DNA of 39,427 nt from Eubacteriales bacterium (GTDB taxonomy: Bacteria; Bacillota; Clostridia; Oscillospirales; CAG-272): assembly GCA_045645605.1 (NCBI GenBank), contig JAZRJC010000086.1, forward strand, positions 1 to 39,427. The letters run 5' to 3'. Under the pieces are notes generated by a model. That model did no database searches. It was not told the DNA's origin and was given only the letters and a program-made list of their open reading frames with translations. The position numbers and the translations under genes are program-made. Below, in pieces: positions 36,546 to 39,427 of the stretch. Position 1 is the first letter of the stretch, and every line of letters begins with the position of its first letter.

Positions 36546-36636
36546 CCAAGGGAAAGGTTTCGGTCAAGCCTTTTCAAAGGCTTGCGCAGTCAAGGCACGG
36601 AGCCTTGTCGCTCACCGCAGTGAGCGAAACTCCCCC
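36546..36636 (+). repeat. Dispersed multi-hairpin repeat, divergent copy B
   Basis: CCAAGGGAAAGGTTTCGGTCAAGCCTTTTCAAAGGCTTGCG aligns to copy A CCAAGGTGAAAGTTTTTGGCCAAGCCTTTTTTCAAAAAGGCGGCG. Three consecutive hairpins. Confidence 0.65.
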
Positions 36637-36676
36637 TTTATTCGAGCCATACAAAAACCACGAAAGGAGTGCTTTT

Positions 36677-38035
36677 ATGTCATCAACAAAAAACAAAAAA
36701 TCAAATACTCCTATCTGTGATTTTGTCCGTAATTACGCAAGGTCGAAAAGCGTCCGCCTTCATATGCCAGGTCACAAGGGCCGTGGCTCGCTCGGCTTCG
36801 AGCAATACGATATAACCGAAATCGAAGGTGCTGACAGTCTTTACGAGGCCGACGGAATTATTGCCAAATCCGAGTCGATTGCAACAGAAATCTTCGGAAC
36901 GGCAAGAACGCTTTTCTCAACCGAGGGCTCGTCGCAGTGCATAAGAGCTATGCTCTCGCTTATTATGAAATATGCCAAGAGCCACAGAGAAGTGCCGAAA
37001 ATTTTAGCGGCTCGAAACGCCCATAAGGCCTTTATCACGGCGGTCGGACTTCTTGATATCGACATCGATTGGCTGACTCCGCATAAGGACTCGAATCTCC
37101 TCTCCGCAAGAATTGATATTTCCGCCCTCGAGGAGCAGTTAAAGACCTCCTCCCCGACGGCACTTTATATCACCTCCCCCGATTATCTTGGGGTATGTGC
37201 CGACGTCGGTCAAATAGCCGAAATATGCCACAAGCACGGGGTTCTTTTAGCGGTTGATAACGCCCACGGAGCGTATCTGAAGCTTTTGTCTCCCTCAAGG
37301 CATCCGATAGACCTCGGAGCTGATATTTGCTGTGACTCAGCTCACAAAACCCTGCCTGCCTTGACGGGTGCTGCCTATTTGCATTTGTCAAAGGCTCTTC
37401 CGACATCAATTATAGGCTCGGCAAAGGACGAGATGGCCCTCTTCGGCTCAACGAGTCCGTCATATCTTATTTTGCAGTCGCTTGACAGCCTTAACGGGAA
37501 GATTTTGGGAGGATATCGGGATACGCTTGCTACTTTTTTGCCAAAGGTCGAGAGCCTCAAGGCTCAGCTTTCGGATATCGGATACACCCTTATCGGCAAC
37601 GAGCCGTTAAAGATAACTCTTTTGACAAAAAACTACGGCTATTACGCGTTTGAGGTCGCAGAGCACCTTGCGGCGAACGGCATACTCTGCGAATTTTCCG
37701 ATAAGGACGCCCTTGTGCTTATGCTCTCACCCGAAAACGAGGACGATTTGCCAAGGGTGATCGACGTTTTATCCTCTCTGTCCCGAAAAACGCCGATAAC
37801 TGTCGGCTTCCCAAAAATACATATTCCCCAAAAAGCCTGCTCTGTGCGTGAGGCTATGCTCTCAAATAACGAGATTTTGCCCGTCGCACTGTGCGAGGGA
37901 AGAGTTCTGGCGGTGGCAAACGTAGCCTGTCCGCCCGCTATTCCTATCGCGGTCTGCGGCGAAATAATAGATAACGAAACTATAAATCTTTTCAAATACT
38001 ACGGAATCGAATCCTGCCGCGTTTTGGTTGTATAG
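36677..38035 (+). CDS. PLP-dependent Orn/Lys/Arg decarboxylase-like protein (YaaO-like)
   Basis: LHMPGHKG, DITEI, RNAHKA, TSPDYLG, VDNAHGA, SAHKTLP (PLP lysine), STSPSY, CPPAIP. ATG at 36677 after AAAGGAG. Confidence 0.9.
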   Translation: MSSTKNKKSNTPICDFVRNYARSKSVRLHMPGHKGRGSLGFEQYDITEIEGADSLYEADGIIAKSESIATEIFGTARTLFSTEGSSQCIRAMLSLIMKYAKSHREVPKILAARNAHKAFITAVGLLDIDIDWLTPHKDSNLLSARIDISALEEQLKTSSPTALYITSPDYLGVCADVGQIAEICHKHGVLLAVDNAHGAYLKLLSPSRHPIDLGADICCDSAHKTLPALTGAAYLHLSKALPTSIIGSAKDEMALFGSTSPSYLILQSLDSLNGKILGGYRDTLATFLPKVESLKAQLSDIGYTLIGNEPLKITLLTKNYGYYAFEVAEHLAANGILCEFSDKDALVLMLSPENEDDLPRVIDVLSSLSRKTPITVGFPKIHIPQKACSVREAMLSNNEILPVALCEGRVLAVANVACPPAIPIAVCGEIIDNETINLFKYYGIESCRVLVV

Positions 38036-38182
38036 GGGGCTCCTTTTTATCGGGGGCTCCTCGCCCCCATACCCCTCGCCACCTTTGAAAAATACTTATT
38101 GGCTTCGCCAAACGTGGGACGAAACTTTTACAGATGGGGAGTTTTTTGGGTTTTTAATTTGCTCTCTACATACAGTTTTGCG
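38036..38182 (-). repeat. Dispersed multi-hairpin repeat, copy C (inverted relative to A)
   Basis: Reverse complement aligns to 20332-20455 and carries an extra TTGGCGAAGCCAA mini-hairpin insertion. Confidence 0.85.
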
Positions 38183-38205
38183 TAATCGAAATCAAACGGG
38201 TCGTC

Positions 38206-38239
38206 GAGGAGCTCCTCTTTTGAGGAGCTCCTCTTTTTT
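38206..38239 (+). terminator. Terminator built from a duplicated 12-bp palindrome
   Basis: GAGGAGCTCCTC-TTTT-GAGGAGCTCCTC-TTTTTT. Confidence 0.6.
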
Positions 38240-38366
38240 GATACAAGGCCTACAAACCAAAAAATTAACAAATTTGTGTTGAAATATATGCGAAAATATG
38301 TTATACTATTATGTATTTTAATATAAATATGAAGCTAAATATCAGAAAATGGAGTAAAAAGTAAAA

Positions 38367-38696
38367 TTGGAAGAAAAGCGTTTCAGAAAAAATGACAATT
38401 CCTTTATCTGCCAAAATTGCGGCAGGACGGTTGAGCCTCTCGGCTACAGCTCGCGAAATCACTGCCCGTTTTGCCTCTGCTCTTGTCATCTTGATATAAA
38501 TCCCGGTGACCGTGCGAGTGATTGCGGCGGTCTTATGACTCCTCTGCGCGTGGAAACAGACCCTCGAAAAGGGTATATCATCGTCCACAAATGCACGAAG
38601 TGCGGCGAGATAAGGCGAAACAGAGCCGCCCACGAGGCAAAGGTACAGCCCGACGACATAAAGCTTTTAATAAAGCTGACAAGCGGCGGAGCTTAA
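38367..38696 (+). CDS. RNHCP domain zinc-ribbon protein
   Basis: FICQNCG, SRNHCPFCLCSCHLDINPGDRA..CGGLM, HKCTKCG. TTG start. Confidence 0.9.
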   Translation: MEEKRFRKNDNSFICQNCGRTVEPLGYSSRNHCPFCLCSCHLDINPGDRASDCGGLMTPLRVETDPRKGYIIVHKCTKCGEIRRNRAAHEAKVQPDDIKLLIKLTSGGA

Positions 38697-38753
38697 CAAA
38701 GTTACATTTTTATTGAGCATAGAAGAATACGAAAAACCGAAAGGAACAGGCTA

Positions 38754-39427
38754 ATGATCAAAATTGAGAACCTTGTGAAAAATTACGGCAATTTCTGTGC
38801 CGTTGACGACATCAGCTTTGAGGTTGAGAAGGGCGAGATCGTCGGCTTCCTCGGCCCGAACGGAGCAGGAAAAAGCACGACTATGAATATGCTTACGGGT
38901 TATCTCTCGTCAAGCGCCGGCACGATAAAAATCGACGGAGTTGACCTTCTCGAGCATCCTCTTGAGGCAAAAAAGAAGATAGGCTATCTTCCCGAGCAGC
39001 CGCCCCTTTATCTTGATATGAGAGTTGACGAATATCTGAATTTCGCCTACGACTTAAAAGGCTGCCGCCTTAACAAAAAGAAGCATCTTGACGAGATATG
39101 CGAGGTGACGAAGATATCCGACGTCCGCCACCGCCTCATCAAGAATCTTTCAAAGGGATACCGTCAGCGCGTGGGTATTGCGCAGGCGCTTATCAACAAT
39201 CCCCCCGTTATAATCTTCGACGAGCCGACTATCGGTCTTGACCCGAAGCAGATTATTGAAATCAGAAACCTTATCCGCAACCTCGGAAGAGGTCACACGG
39301 TTATTTTGAGCACTCACATTCTGCAGGAGGTGCAGGCTGTTTGCGACAGAATTATCATCATCAACAAGGGAAAGGTCGTTGCAAACGAAAAGACCGAAAA
39401 TATCAACCGTGCAGTCAGCGGTAACCG
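38754..39427 (+). CDS. ABC-2-type transporter ATP-binding protein (3' truncated by the window end)
   Basis: Translated by hand: MIKIENLVKNYG, Walker A GPNGAGKST, LSKGYRQR, IIFDEPT.GLDP, LSTH. No stop before the window end. Confidence 0.93.
   Translation, partial: MIKIENLVKNYGNFCAVDDISFEVEKGEIVGFLGPNGAGKSTTMNMLTGYLSSSAGTIKIDGVDLLEHPLEAKKKIGYLPEQPPLYLDMRVDEYLNFAYDLKGCRLNKKKHLDEICEVTKISDVRHRLIKNLSKGYRQRVGIAQALINNPPVIIFDEPTIGLDPKQIIEIRNLIRNLGRGHTVILSTHILQEVQAVCDRIIIINKGKVVANEKTENINRAVSGN

Noticed and set aside
1-39427. CRISPR array, IS element or classic riboswitch
   Set aside because: I saw no regularly spaced repeat-spacer units, no transposase ORF, and no recognisable T-box, TPP, FMN, SAM or cobalamin riboswitch signatures. 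A covariance-model search could still find weak RNA motifs.

Overview
A mostly core-genome window from a probably spore-forming, low-GC Gram-positive bacterium (Clostridia-like). The evidence is the SCIFF locus, the rplU-prp-rpmA cluster with an extended L27, a class A RNase P RNA and near-consensus sigma-A promoters. It carries 3 tRNAs (Thr-CGT, Glu-CTC, probable Ile2-CAT), rnpB and about 35 CDS, including radC, pyk, rarA, mnmG, rnr, pgsA, rimO, prmC, ddl, a YhaO/YhaN-like nuclease-ATPase pair, scfAB and a truncated ABC ATPase. I see no integrase, transposase or CRISPR array. The four best leads are: (1) an 872-aa EF-G/TetM-like translational GTPase fused to an apparently intact Rae1/YacP-type NYN ribonuclease, lacking the tetracycline-ejecting loop, a candidate ribosome quality-control enzyme; (2) a stand-alone 38-aa gene with a perfect sigma-A promoter, strong RBS and double terminator, whose product fits lasso-peptide precursor spacing but has no maturases nearby; (3) a dispersed multi-hairpin intergenic repeat in 3 copies with compensatory stem changes; (4) an EamA transporter-HAD phosphatase fusion. 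All calls come from reading motifs by eye. No database searches were run.
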